From: Carcharhinus longimanus
Lineage: Eukaryota
NCBI GenBank assembly: GCA_030264375.1
Contig: JASCQW010000099.1
Location: 66,694,234-66,758,233, forward strand
DNA length: 64,000 nucleotides
Direction: 5' to 3'
Notes under the pieces: generated by a model
Told to the model about the DNA's origin: nothing
Databases searched by the model: none
What the model saw: only the letters and a program-made list of their open reading frames with translations
Translations under genes and position numbers: made by a program
In this document: piece by piece, positions 1 through 10,639 of the stretch
How the letters are laid out: each line of letters begins with the position of its first letter
How positions within the stretch are numbered: position 1 is the first letter of the stretch

Positions 1-185
1 GTACAAAGATTTCTGTCAAGGCCCAGCAATTTCCACCCTTGCCTCTTCCAGTATTCTGGGGTAGATCCCATCAGGCCCTGGGGATTTATCTAATGCTTAG
101 GCCCCTCATCCATCAAGTCCCTCTCTTTGGTGAATACTGAGGCAAAGTATTCATTTAGCATCTCGCCCATTTCCTCTGTTCCATG
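1..185 (-). mobile_element. CR1-type LINE ORF2 fragment (degenerate)
   Basis: Reverse complement of 1-90 reads DKSPGPDGIYPRILEEARVEIAG, the CR1 pre-RT motif. Confidence 0.8.
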
Positions 186-518
186 CATAATTATACTTTG
201 TATAACATCTGGTTCGAAATGAGCTTCTGTTCGCTTTGGGTCAAAGATATTTTAGGGACAAGAAAACATCACTCTCCTTATCCTGTTTCAAAATCAGACA
301 TTATTGCTTTACATTTGTATCCAAATCTGTGCTGGTCAGCCTTATTTCAATGTTTCAGTTGAGTGAGCTTCTTTAGTATAACCTTGTGACCTCCTGACAT
401 TTCCATTTTCTCGTTGGTAATGACAACGCTTTTATTCAAATAAATGAAGCTAATGGATGTTCTGTTGAACTCAAACATTTTTTTCCCTCTTCTGTATTCT
501 GTTTGGTTTGCAATGTTC

Positions 519-738
519 AAAGTTTACAGTTTATCAGTGTCACAAGTAGGCTTACATTAATACTGCAATGAAGTTCCTGTGAAAATCTCCTAGTTGCCAT
601 ACTCTAGCACCTGTTCGGTTACATTGAGGCAGACACGGAGTGGGGGGAGAACATGCAGACTCCGCACAGACAGGAATTAAACGTAGCTCCTTGGCACTGT
701 GAGGCAGCAGTGCTAATTACTGTGTCACCACGCCACCC
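519..738 (-). mobile_element. tRNA-derived V-SINE, tail type B, internally deleted
   Basis: Head and tail match the fuller copies at 12787-13085 and 63493-63772. Confidence 0.8.
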
Positions 739-915
739 CTATGGTTTGGTTAATGCGAGTGTTAAAATACCGGGGGGCAAATAGTGTCATGCGAAGTATT
801 ATGTAGTGAAACTGTAGCGAAAAAATGAAATCATTCTGTACCGATCGAACTAGAATAATAGGCATCAATTGTTGAATGGCTCACCTCATTAAAAACCATT
901 GGTTTCCATTTATAG

Positions 916-1085
916 GGACATTCTGGACCAATCCTCAATTTAGGATCCACTTGGATGAAGCAGATGATGATCCTACAGATGACGATGATAAATGTAGCTT
1001 TCTGGCTGGTGTGATTCAAAAGAATCGTAGAAAGTGCCGAAAAATGGGCGAGGACATGCATACCATAGGCTTCGCTATCTATGAG
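916..1085 (+). CDS. CAPN2: Calpain-2-like large subunit, exon (170 nt), C2-like domain III with acidic loop
   Basis: tatag|...|gtaagt; [56 protein letters not shown]; [12 protein letters not shown] is CAPN2-like. Confidence 0.93.
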
Positions 1086-1412
1086 GTAAGTTTACGGAGT
1101 CTCCTTATTTGTAAAATAAATAAATAGGTTAAGAAAAGGCAAAATAAATATTGCTGCCATGCTGATTTCCATATGGTCTTTCACAAACTCAAGGCAAAAA
1201 GAAATTGACCACTCCAAGCTAATGGTGTAGACTATATAAACTGTGTCCTACTACACCTTAGTGAAATACTGCCACCATGTGTAGTGAAGAGTTCTTCTCA
1301 AGAGTTAGTTTTGTGTTAATATTGAAGTGCATTGATATTGAGTGTTAATATTAAACCAGATCTGATGCTTCACTGAACTGCAGATGATTATGATGATTAT
1401 TTTACCAGCCAT

Positions 1413-1755
1413 TTGGGGAGCCTAGTGATACTATTGCTCGACTATTAATCCAGAAACTCAGCTAATTTCTGGGGACTCGGGTTCAAATCCCTCTGTGGAA
1501 TTTGAATTCAGTTTAAAAAAAAATCTGGAATTAAGAATCAACTGATGAAACTGTTGTCGATTGTTGGAAAGACCCATCTGGTTCGCTAATGCTCTTTAGG
1601 GAAGAAAATCTGCCTTCTTTACTCAGTCTGATCTACACGTGACTCCAGAGCACAGCAATGTGGTTGACTTTCAACTGCCCCTGAGCAACTAGAGATGGGC
1701 AATAAATGCTGGCCAGCCAGTGACACCCATGTCCCATGAATGAATAAAAATAAAA
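1413..1755 (+). mobile_element. tRNA-derived SINE, third family (type C)
   Basis: B-box GGTTCAAATCC near 1480; tail gatgggcaataaatgctggccagccagtgacacccatgtcccatgaatgaataaaaa; second head at about 8765-8820. Confidence 0.75.
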
Positions 1756-2314
1756 TTGCCAATAGCTGTTAAAGTGAGCACTTTTTCTTTCTATATTTCT
1801 ACTGACCTTGATGGCTCCTATTCTAATACATTAGTTTAGTTGATGTAGCATGGGTAGTTTGGTGAATGAGAATCCAGGACATTGCACAGTGTAGCAAAAT
1901 AATATTTGGAACCTTTCTTAAACTGGAACACAGAATTGATCAGGAGCTTTGATACTCAAGCCTGTTGGTGTTGGGGTTAACTCTATAACCTTCTGACTCG
2001 GGTGACAGTGCCACCAGTATACCAAGGCAAGAAGTTATTTACGGGGGAGAGAGAAAACTACCAATTTAGTAGTCCCAGCACTGGTTAATAAACATTCTTG
2101 AGTTTATAATTCCACAGTGGAAAGTTGTCACATTAAATTTAATATATCCAGCAATTAGTGCTCTAACATCACTAAATGACTGTGAAAGCTTGCAAGTTGT
2201 TGAACCTGTTGTTGTAAAAACCACCTCCTTTTAGGGAAGAGACTCTGTCACCCTAGCTGGTGTAGCCACCCTGTAATTTTAGTCCCATTTTATCTTGACT
2301 TTTAATGTCCTCCA

Positions 2315-2860
2315 GGTAACCAGAGATAAAAAGGGAGAGAGGAACTTGAAGGAATTACAATACTAGGGTAGCAGTACTGAACAAACTGATGGAGCTGCTG
2401 ACTGACAAGTCTCCAGGTTCTGATGGACTTCATCCTAGGGTCTTAAATAAGGTGGTAGATGTGCTAGTGTTAACTTTCCAAAATTTGCTAGATTCTGGAA
2501 AGCTGACATCAGACTGGAAAGTAGTAAATATAACCCCTCTGTTCAAGAACAGGGTAGGCAGAAAACAGGAAACTATCAGGCCAGTTAGCTTGGCTTCTGT
2601 TATGGGAAAGGTATTAGAATAATTATCAAGGAAGTTACAGCAGGTTACTTAGAAAAACTCAGTCATTGGGAAGAATCAGTATCATTTTGTCAAAGGGAAA
2701 TCATAGTGTAGCAAATTTATTGGAGCTCTTTGTAAGAGGAGCATGTGCTATGGAGAATGCACTGTCTTTGGATTTCTATAAGGCATTTGATAAAAACCCA
2801 TGATGTAGGGGGTAACATAGTAACTTGGATAACAAATTTGTTGACTGGCAGAAAACAGAG
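2315..2860 (+). mobile_element. CR1-type LINE ORF2 fragment (RT N-terminus, degenerate)
   Basis: DKSPGSDGLHPRVL...WKVVNITPLFK...RPVSLASVMGKVLE, followed by stops and frameshifts. Confidence 0.88.
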
Positions 2861-2861
2861 A

Positions 2862-3010
2862 TGATGTGGAGATGCCAACATTGGACTGGGGTGAGCACAG
2901 TAAGAAGTCTCTGAACACCAGGTTGAAGTCCAACAAGTTTAATTGGAATCACGAGCTTTCGGAGCGCTTCTCCTTCATCAGGTGAGTGTGTCATCTGATG
3001 AAGGAGCAGC
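2862..3010. mobile_element. Palindromic Penelope-like terminal-repeat-derived element, truncated by an assembly gap
   Basis: Inverted symmetry around 2986-2990 (ctccttcatcaggtga / tcatctgatgaaggag); inserted into a CR1 fragment; carries hammerhead motifs. Confidence 0.7.
2949..2985 (-). ncRNA. Minimal type I hammerhead ribozyme motif
   Basis: Minus strand: UCAC-CUGAUGA-A-GGAG-AAGCG-CUCC-GAAA-GC-UC-GUGA. Stem I UCAC/GUGA, intact core, stem II GGAG/CUCC, palindromic AGCU stem III. Confidence 0.78.
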
Positions 3011-3298
3011 NNNNNNNNNNNNNNNNNNNNNNNNNNNNNNNNNNNNNNNNNNNNNNNNNNNNNNNNNNNNNNNNNNNNNNNNNNNNNNNNNNNNNNNNNN
3101 NNNNNNNNNNNNNNNNNNNNNNNNNNNNNNNNNNNNNNNNNNNNNNNNNNNNNNNNNNNNNNNNNNNNNNNNNNNNNNNNNNNNNNNNNNNNNNNNNNNN
3201 NNNNNNNNNNNNNNNNNNNNNNNNNNNNNNNNNNNNNNNNNNNNNNNNNNNNNNNNNNNNNNNNNNNNNNNNNNNNNNNNNNNNNNNNNNNNNNNNNN

Positions 3299-3550
3299 AG
3301 GTAGGTCTGCTGAGGAGCAGTGGAGGATCTTTAAGGAGATCTTTCTTGGTGCTCAGCAGAAATTTATTCCGATGGACTTAAACAGGGAATAGCTGCAGAA
3401 TTCCGAGGTGCAGGAGGTTACATGGGTATAGAGGGATATAGGCCAAATGCTGGCAATTGGGATTAGTTTAGGGGTTTTGAAAATAAAAGCGGCATGGACA
3501 AGTTGGGCCAAAGGGCCTGTTTCCATGCTGTAAACTTCTATGATTCTACG
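3299..3550 (+). mobile_element. CR1-type LINE fragments (ORF2 piece and 3' tail)
   Basis: EEQWRIFKEIFLGAQQKFIP, then tail gggccaaagggcctgtttccatgctgtaaacttctatgattcta. Confidence 0.75.
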
Positions 3551-3883
3551 AGGTGATGAAATGATTGGAATTGTGACCTTGATGGGAAATGCCGTACATA
3601 GTTAGAAGTTGGGATAAGTGGCTCTTTCTACACATTTCCTAGTAACTCCCGGGGCAGGTGGTGACAAATATTCCATTTATTTGTAATTTAAATCTCATAT
3701 TTAATATTAAAGCTTTAGAAATATAAAATATCATTTTAGGACACAGGCATTCTTAATTGTCATTAGTATTATTACTGAACTATAAGCAAAGGCTTAAGTG
3801 TCTTCACAGTACTTGAAAACATTCTGTTTAGCCGCCTTGTAAAACCCCTGAGTCTTAATTTTTTTGTCTTTTTTATTCCACAG

Positions 3884-3895
3884 GTCCCTGACGAG
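3884..3895 (+). CDS. CAPN2: Calpain-2 12-nt microexon (VPDE)
   Basis: Long U-rich tract then cacag|GTCCCTGACGAG|gtgcgt; supplies the VPEE-equivalent between IYE and the next exon; phase 0-0. Confidence 0.9.
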
Positions 3896-5954
3896 GTGCG
3901 TATGATCAAGATCCAGACTGCAACATTAATTAGATGTTTATGTGCAGTTGATATTTTGTCAGTTCTAATAAGAGGCCGAGTAAAATTCAATTAATCTTCA
4001 CCCCAGTTTTGAGAGGACCACTAAAGAAATGGCAGGAATGAATTCTCTTGAAATATTTTTGCCTTTATTATACAGCGTGGCTGGAAAATTCCAGCCATTC
4101 ATACCTTGCCGCCATTTCCAGCGAGCCAGATCTCCATACACAGCAGCCGGAACTGAGAATCCTAGCTGTGGGCAAGGTCGGAGAATCCCAGCACCGTATC
4201 TAGCCAATGGGAACAAGTGCTCCAAGTAATATTCCAGTGTCACCTGCCAGATAGGGCGAGAGTTGATTTGTTGCTGGAAAGTCTCCTTTCTTGGCACTGA
4301 CGTTGTGGCTGTAAGTAAAGGATTTTTGTGTCAGCAATTTTGATGGTGACCTCACATCTTGCCATGCTGTTGAAAAGCAGACTAAGTGGCAATGCCAGCA
4401 TAGGCATCCCTTCTCAAGACATGGTTGTCCCTCGTTTTTGGCTCTGGAGTTAGGGTTAAGGGTAAAGATTGAGATATTAGCGTGACTTTGGGAAACAGCA
4501 CAGAATGGGGATCATCAAATTAATAGGCCAAAGTCAGTGGAACTGATTAATGGGCGGGGCATATAATAGACCATCAATCTGATGCTCTTCACCCAAAGAG
4601 AATTCCTTCAACACTATGAATGGGGTTACATTAATAAAAGTCACATGTAGGAAGAATTTCTGCCCATGACCTTTGCTTTGAAACTTTTGTTTAGTGTTGT
4701 GGAGGGTATTTTCCTTATCACAAAACTACTTCAAATATGTTCCTGTCAGCAGATTGGTGCCTGGTTTTCAGTCCCCAGGCTGGTGAGGGGAGTGAGCAAA
4801 TTTCCTGCTTGCTGCACCTATCTCGGGTTAAAGTGCTGGATCTTTAGTTCTGGGGGAGCAGGTGCTTGTTGGAGTCGGGCCTGCTGATCCAGGAGCAGCC
4901 ACAGGCTGCTGACCACTGAGGCTTGGAAAAAGGCCTGCCCCGATGCACTGGGATTTCATCACAGTTGGAATAAAGGCCCTTGAACCCACTAACCCTCACT
5001 CCTCACATCCCTTAGCCCCCTCATCCACTCCCTATGCCCCATACATGCCATCCCCTGCCACTCTGTCTACCAGAATGACCTCTCATGCCCTATTCTTCTC
5101 CCTGCTCACATCCTAAGGGCTCCTTATGGCTCCTCTGCCAATTCAGTGCAAACTTGTGACAGCACATGACCCCTCTCCCCCTCTCATCCACATGGCTTTT
5201 GTATCAACCTAGTGCCAACCTGTGATCCCCACTCTCAACTCTTTGACCTTACGCCTTCCACAGATATACCTACCATAAGCAGACCTCAGGAGCCATGCTG
5301 AGACAAACTAAAATATAAAACTCTAGGTTTTTATTATAGACTGCACTATAAAAGCACACTCATTGATTTTTTAAAATAAATCCAAATACAGTTAAACCCT
5401 TTCCTTTACTTAATCCCTTCTAAAAATAAATATTTGTATTCATAGCTTGACATCAAAGACAGCTATTCCTTAAAGTAATCTCTTGGGGCTGTCAATGAAA
5501 TTGTGAATTTGCAGTGCACATTATGATGATGATTGTTGTGGAAACAGCTAAGCATTAGTAACAGAATAATGATGGCCCTTAAGTTATGCCAACAACATCT
5601 ATTGAAATTGCAGGCACTGATTTTTCTTTCCAGCTTCGGGTGCAGTTTTTTTTTACACTTAAATAGCAGGGAGTTTAAATAACTTGACCACTCGACACTT
5701 TCACAGATCTTATCCACTCTTTTACAAACATTCGTATCTATTGTTAAAAATCCTAAGTCTCAAGTCTCACGAAAGTAGGGATTGTTTGAAGTGGGCACTG
5801 GGCTGAAGTGACCCTGCCAGAATGATTTTATTTTATGCGTGAGTCATCTTCCACCACCTTACCCTAACTTCTGAAACAGGGGCGGGAATTCTGGATTCTG
5901 GGTCCTGGNNNNNNNNNNNNNNNNNNNNNNNNNNNNNNNNNNNNNNNNNNNNNN

Positions 5955-6095
5955 TTCTGCAGACTCTCCACACCCTCCGCGCAATTTGCCGTTCCACCAA
6001 TCTTGGTGTCATCAGCAAATTTCGACACCATGCACTCGGTTCCCTCCTCCAGATCATCTATATAAATGGTAAATAGCTGAGGCCCCAGCACCGAC
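5955..6095 (-). mobile_element. CR1-type LINE RT fragment
   Basis: LGPQLFTIYIDDLEEGTECMVSKFADDTKIGG (FADD catalytic motif). Confidence 0.9.
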
Positions 6096-6412
6096 CTTGT
6101 TGATTTGACCAGAAGATAGATTTAATAACTATTAAAATCGAAGGATTCCATTTTTTAATTTGCTGTTGTATTGTCTAACTAGACAAAATCTAAGTGCTGC
6201 TTAGGAGAATTTTAATAGTGACATAGATCAGGAGTTGATCAATCCTATGCTGTTTTGTTGCTCTACTGAGAGTCATGATATTGTTGTGAAGGGAATTGGA
6301 GTGTTACACGTTTGGGTAACTTGCAGGCTATTCGCTACGGAAATAAATTATATTTTGTCTATTGTACAAATCTTAGATTTGAAGTATTCTGTGTAATCTA
6401 TGGGTTGCTATA

Positions 6413-6845
6413 ATGGGTGGCACAGTGGTTAGCACGGCTGCCACACAGCGCCAGGGGCCTGTGTTCAATTCCGGCCTTGGGTCACTGTCTATATGGAGTT
6501 TGCGTATTCTCCCCATGTCTGCATGCGTTTCCCCCGGATGCTCCGGTCTCCTCCGGAGATGTGAGGGTTAGATTGATTGGCTATGCTAAATTGTCACTTA
6601 GGCCAGAATTTTACCGCCACGCCTGCCCCGGAATTGGGTCAGGCGTGGCTCTTAGAACAGCATTCTCTGTTGGCCTCGGGTGGGATTTTACGAGCCTCGA
6701 GCGGGCGAGGTGGTAAAGTTCCAGCATTAATGTCAGGGGGATTAGCAGGACAAATACATGGGGGTACGGGGATAGGGCCTGGGTGGGTGAAGGTTTGATG
6801 GGCCAAATGGCCTCCTTCTGCACTATAGGGATTCTATGATTCTAA
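6413..6845 (+). mobile_element. HE1-like V-SINE (tail type A, CR1-like) with nested MITE
   Basis: A-box tggcacagtgg, B-box gttcaattcc, V-domain, tail gatgggccaaatggcctccttctgcactatagggattctatgattcta. Confidence 0.85.
6601..6726 (+). mobile_element. About 126-bp MITE, PIF/Harbinger-like
   Basis: Imperfect TIRs ggccagaattttaccgcc / ggtggtaaagttccagca; TTA duplicated at 6598-6600 and 6727-6729; SINE resumes afterwards. Confidence 0.75.
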
Positions 6846-6902
6846 ACTTCACAAATATTGCAAAATCACAAACAAGTTTTTTTCTGTTTCTCTATAAATT
6901 AG

Positions 6903-7114
6903 TATAAAGACCAGTCTAATATTCAGCTGAAGAGAGATTTTTTCATGACGCATGCATCCAGCGCAAGATCAGAAACCTTCATCAATCTGCGCGAGGTCAT
7001 GAGTCGGTTTGCTCTCGAGCCTGGGTCGTATTTCATCATACCATCCACTTTCGAGCCAAATAAAGATGCAGACTTTGCAATTCGTGTCTTTTCTGAGAAA
7101 CAGAGTGAAGTTGC
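6903..7114 (+). CDS. CAPN2: Calpain-2 exon (212 nt), domain III
   Basis: ttag|...|gtaagt; [70 protein letters not shown]. Confidence 0.94.
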
Positions 7115-7260
7115 GTAAGTATAAACAACACAGGTAAAGGACTTGGATGTCAGCAAACATTGTGAAAGGAAGTGACAGCTGGATTTTCTTTTCAAGAAAG
7201 GGAAGAGGGTAGGATTAGTAAGTTTGTGGATGACGCAAAGATTGGCCAGGTCACTAGACA

Positions 7261-7565
7261 GGATGGCACAGGGTCCCAGGTTCAATTCCCAGCTTGGGTC
7301 ACTGTCTGTGCAGAGTCTGCACATTCCTCCTCATTTCTCCTCCTCCTCATTTCTCCTCCTCCTCATTTCTCCTCCTCCTCATTTCTCCTTACCCCCCAGT
7401 TTTGTCCCACAGTTTGAAAGACGTGCTGGTTAGGTGCAGTGACCATGCTGAATTCTCCCTCAGTGTACCCAAATAGGCACTGGAGTGTGGCAACTAGGGG
7501 ATTTTCGTGGTAACTTCGTTGCAGTGTTAATGTAAGCCTACTTGTGACATTAATAAATAAATTTT
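7261..7565 (+). mobile_element. V-SINE tail type B, nested in CR1
   Basis: ggttcaattcccagcttgggtcactgtctgtg...gtaagcctacttgtgacattaataaataaa. Confidence 0.82.
7331..7389. repeat. 16-bp pyrimidine-rich tandem repeat (TCATTTCTCCTCCTCC) x3.7
   Basis: Perfect units start at 7331, 7347 and 7363, with a partial unit at 7379. Confidence 0.95.
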
Positions 7566-8452
7566 AAAACAGCAAGGTCGAGTGTCTTGGGTTGCAGAAA
7601 GATATAGACAGGATGGTCAAATGGGCAGATAAGTGGCAGATGGAAGTTAACTCTGAACAATATGAGGTGATGCACTTTGGAAGGAGTAATTTGACAAGGA
7701 AGTATTCAATGAACGGCATGACACTCGAAGTTCTGAGGAATAAAGGGACCTTGGCATCCATAGATCTCTGAAGCAGGAGGAAGAGCAGGTTAATGGGGTG
7801 ATGAAAAAGTCATATTGATACTTGCCTTTATCAATTGAGGCATAAATTACAAAAGCAAGGAGGCCATGTTGGAGTTGTATAGAACTTTGGTGGGGCCACA
7901 GCTAGAGTACTACGGGCAGTTCTGGTCGCTAAGTTATCGGAAGGATGTGATTCCACTGCAGTGGGTGCAGAGGAGATTGACCAGGAGGGATGCCTGGGAT
8001 GGAAGATTTAAGTTGCGAAAAGAGATTGGATAGACCTAACCTAGTTTAGGGACACAGAGACTAAGCTTGGCAAGGCTTGCCAATCCCTCCTGATTGCTTT
8101 CTTGAGGCCTGTACAAGAAAGTGTGCAAACTGATGCTGGCTGAATGTGGGATTAGATTTGTCTGTGATGCTTTCCATTGTAAAATAACCTGAAGATAGTT
8201 GCTGGCAAGGCAGCTAGTTGAGCAAAGTACTGGGGGTATGCTAGTGCCCATGGAATAGCCCAGCCTGTGTCAGTACACTTGAAGGAAATGGGGGAAAAAG
8301 TTGGAGGAGATCAATAAATGTCAAAAGAATTGTTGTATGAAGACTTATTACCAGTGCGCTTCTAGACAGTTAATTGAAATGTGCTCAGGATAGATAGAAT
8401 GTATCTGAAAGTTTCACTGTGGGTATTAACGTGTATTGTTTTCCTATTGTAG

Positions 8453-8495
8453 AGTCATGGATACTGAAGTTGATGCAAAGCTGGAAGATGAGAAG
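8453..8495 (+). CDS. CAPN2: Calpain-2 exon (43 nt), linker
   Basis: tgtag|A GTC ATG GAT...GAG AAG|gtatat; VMDTEVDAKLEDEK; phase 2-0 fits neighbours. Confidence 0.88.
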
Positions 8496-8837
8496 GTATA
8501 TGTGACTAGTTGTTGTTGTCTGTTCTAGCTGCTCATTGATTTAGTTGGTCCTTGACATCAGTAAGTTCGTCATTAAAGGTCACCATTACCACATCCCAAC
8601 TTTTATTGGCCTCCTCTCCCTCTTGCTTGCCACTAATTAAAAGGAGAGGCCTAGAAAAGCCTGCCAAGTGTCTGTAAATGCCCAGCTGCTGCTGCTTCTG
8701 CTGTGTAACTGCTTGAATTTGGTGACTCAGCACTCCCCTCTGAGTACTGGGAATCCCCTCCCCAGAGGAGGTGATGGCCTAGTGGTATTATTGCTAGACT
8801 ATTCATCCAGAAACACTCATTGTTAATTTGGCATAAA

Positions 8838-9841
8838 AACAGCATAAAATAACACCAGCATGATCTGAATACCCTTCTTCGGAGGCAAAGATATGTCTAG
8901 TATACCAACATCATGCTATTTGAAACCTAGGGACCAGAGGAGGGTCTCAGTTAATTCTTTTCACCCATTTATTCATTCCTGCGATATGGGCGTCTCTGAT
9001 TAGGCCAGCAATTTATTGCCCATTCCAGATTCCCCATGAGAAAGTGGTGGCGAGTTTGATCAGCTGCAGTTCATCTGTTGCAGGAACACCCACAGTGCTG
9101 TTAGGAATTGAGTTCCAGGAATTTGATTCAGCTGCATCTCTCACAGGGTCAGTCCACCAACTATGCTGAGTCACTTTTCAAGGATGACTGATCTTGGCAG
9201 GTGGAATGAAGATCCTTGACCTGATCATCACCAAGATCCGTGCAGAGTTCCAATTAGTATTTAAAGCAGCACAGAACAATGTAAAAGTGCTTTATCGATA
9301 AACCTTCTATTGAAGACCAAAATACCAAACAGTGGCACAATTAAGAATTTGTTCTGTTTCACAAACTGAAGAGTTACTGGTCTGTGCCCATCATTCCTTA
9401 CACGCTTAGGGGATAATATATAACACTCTGTCACAGAAGGTGGGGGGGGGTGTCACTGAATATTTTTAAGGCGGAGGTAGATGGATTTTTTTATTAAGCA
9501 AGAAAATCAAAGGATATCAGAGGTACATGTTGTAGGATCCATGTGGCTTGTCGAATCTGTATCACCACTTGATAAGGTCGTGGCTGATTTGCTTGTGTTG
9601 TAAGTTCCACACTCCTATTACCTCTGATAACCTTTGATTCTGGCCTAGCCAGAGATCCAGTGAATGAATAAATGGTAGTGGGGGGGTAGAAAGGAGGAGA
9701 GGAAAAAGAGAAGAGAGAGAGAATAAAAGGAATAAAGAAATCTGATCCCAAGATTTCAGACAGGATGATGCTGGTATACTAGACATATCATTGCCTCCAA
9801 AGAAGAATATCCAGATCATGCTGTTGTTGTTTTATGCTGTT
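8838..9841. repeat. 101-bp inverted repeat pair (8838-8938 / 9741-9841)
   Basis: Hand alignment is gapless with 87/101 identity. Confidence 0.92.
8968..9132 (-). mobile_element. LINE 3' end sharing its tail with the type C SINE
   Basis: Minus strand encodes WNSIPNSTVGVP, then gggcaataaattgctggcctaatcagagacgcccatatcgcaggaatgaataaa. Confidence 0.7.
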
Positions 9842-9997
9842 AATATTCTGTATGTTAGCAGTATGAGAGTTGCTACATTTTAAATGACTTGGGTTCTTGG
9901 ATGTACAATGCAACGTAGTGCTGCTGCTAATGTCTCTTTTTCTGGCTATGGTTATACGTACACTCATTCCAATTTTTTTCTTAAAAATTTCCTGAAG

Positions 9998-10057
9998 GTG
10001 GATGAAGAAGACATTAGCGACAGTTTTGAGAATCTGTTTGAATATTTAGCAGGACAG
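9998..10057 (+). CDS. CAPN2: Calpain-2 exon (60 nt), start of penta-EF domain
   Basis: gaag|...|gtgaga; VDEEDISDSFENLFEYLAGQ. Confidence 0.9.
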
Positions 10058-10242
10058 GTGAGAAATTTGCTTTCACTGCTCAATTGCTTCACGTGTCTTT
10101 TGCAACATTAATCTTGTGCATGCCGTCAGAAGAATATTCTTCCTTTTTCATTTGACCAGCGCTAAAGTAAATAGAGATATATATTGAGAGAATAATTTCA
10201 GCAAAGCAGATAGGACCTTGGACATCATAAATGGGAGATATT

Positions 10243-10367
10243 GATCGGGACTCTACCATCTTGTCCGGCACGGAATCGGAGCAAGTGCGGGTCAGACAGT
10301 GGAAATCTCCGTTGAGCTCAGGCGGGAATTTCCGGTCTCGCCCAAGCAAGGCTGTAAAATCCTGCCC
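10243..10367 (+). mobile_element. MITE, same family as 6601-6726
   Basis: 125 bp, colinear similarity, ends gtaaaatcctgccc. Confidence 0.65.
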
Positions 10368-10639
10368 AATGAGTATAAATGCAGGGAAGTTATACTGCAG
10401 CATCCTCCTATTCTCGTGCTGATTTATGTTCTTCAGCCCCCTTTGCATGAGAAGGGAGACCCTTCTCACACTGGTTTAAGCTCTGAATCACGACGCTGTA
10501 TTCCCTTCTTGCACTGATTGATTTATGTTCTGAAGCAGNNNNNNNNNNNNNNNNNNNNNNNNNNNNNNNNNNNNNNNNNNNNNNNNNNNNNNNNNNNNNN
10601 NNNNNNNNNNNNNNNNNNNNNNNNNNNNNNNNNNNNNNG

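Larger units (their letters stand above)
7200..8035 (+). mobile_element. CR1-type LINE ORF2 3' part, interrupted by a SINE
   Basis: GRISKFVDDAKIG before the SINE; LQKDIDRMVKWADKWQMEVNSEQYEVMHFGRSN after it. Confidence 0.85.

Noticed and set aside
4040-5900. Possible non-autonomous DNA transposons (also about 14180-14400, 57860-58250 and 62933-63130)
   Set aside because: Repeat-like composition, but I could not define TIRs or TSDs reliably
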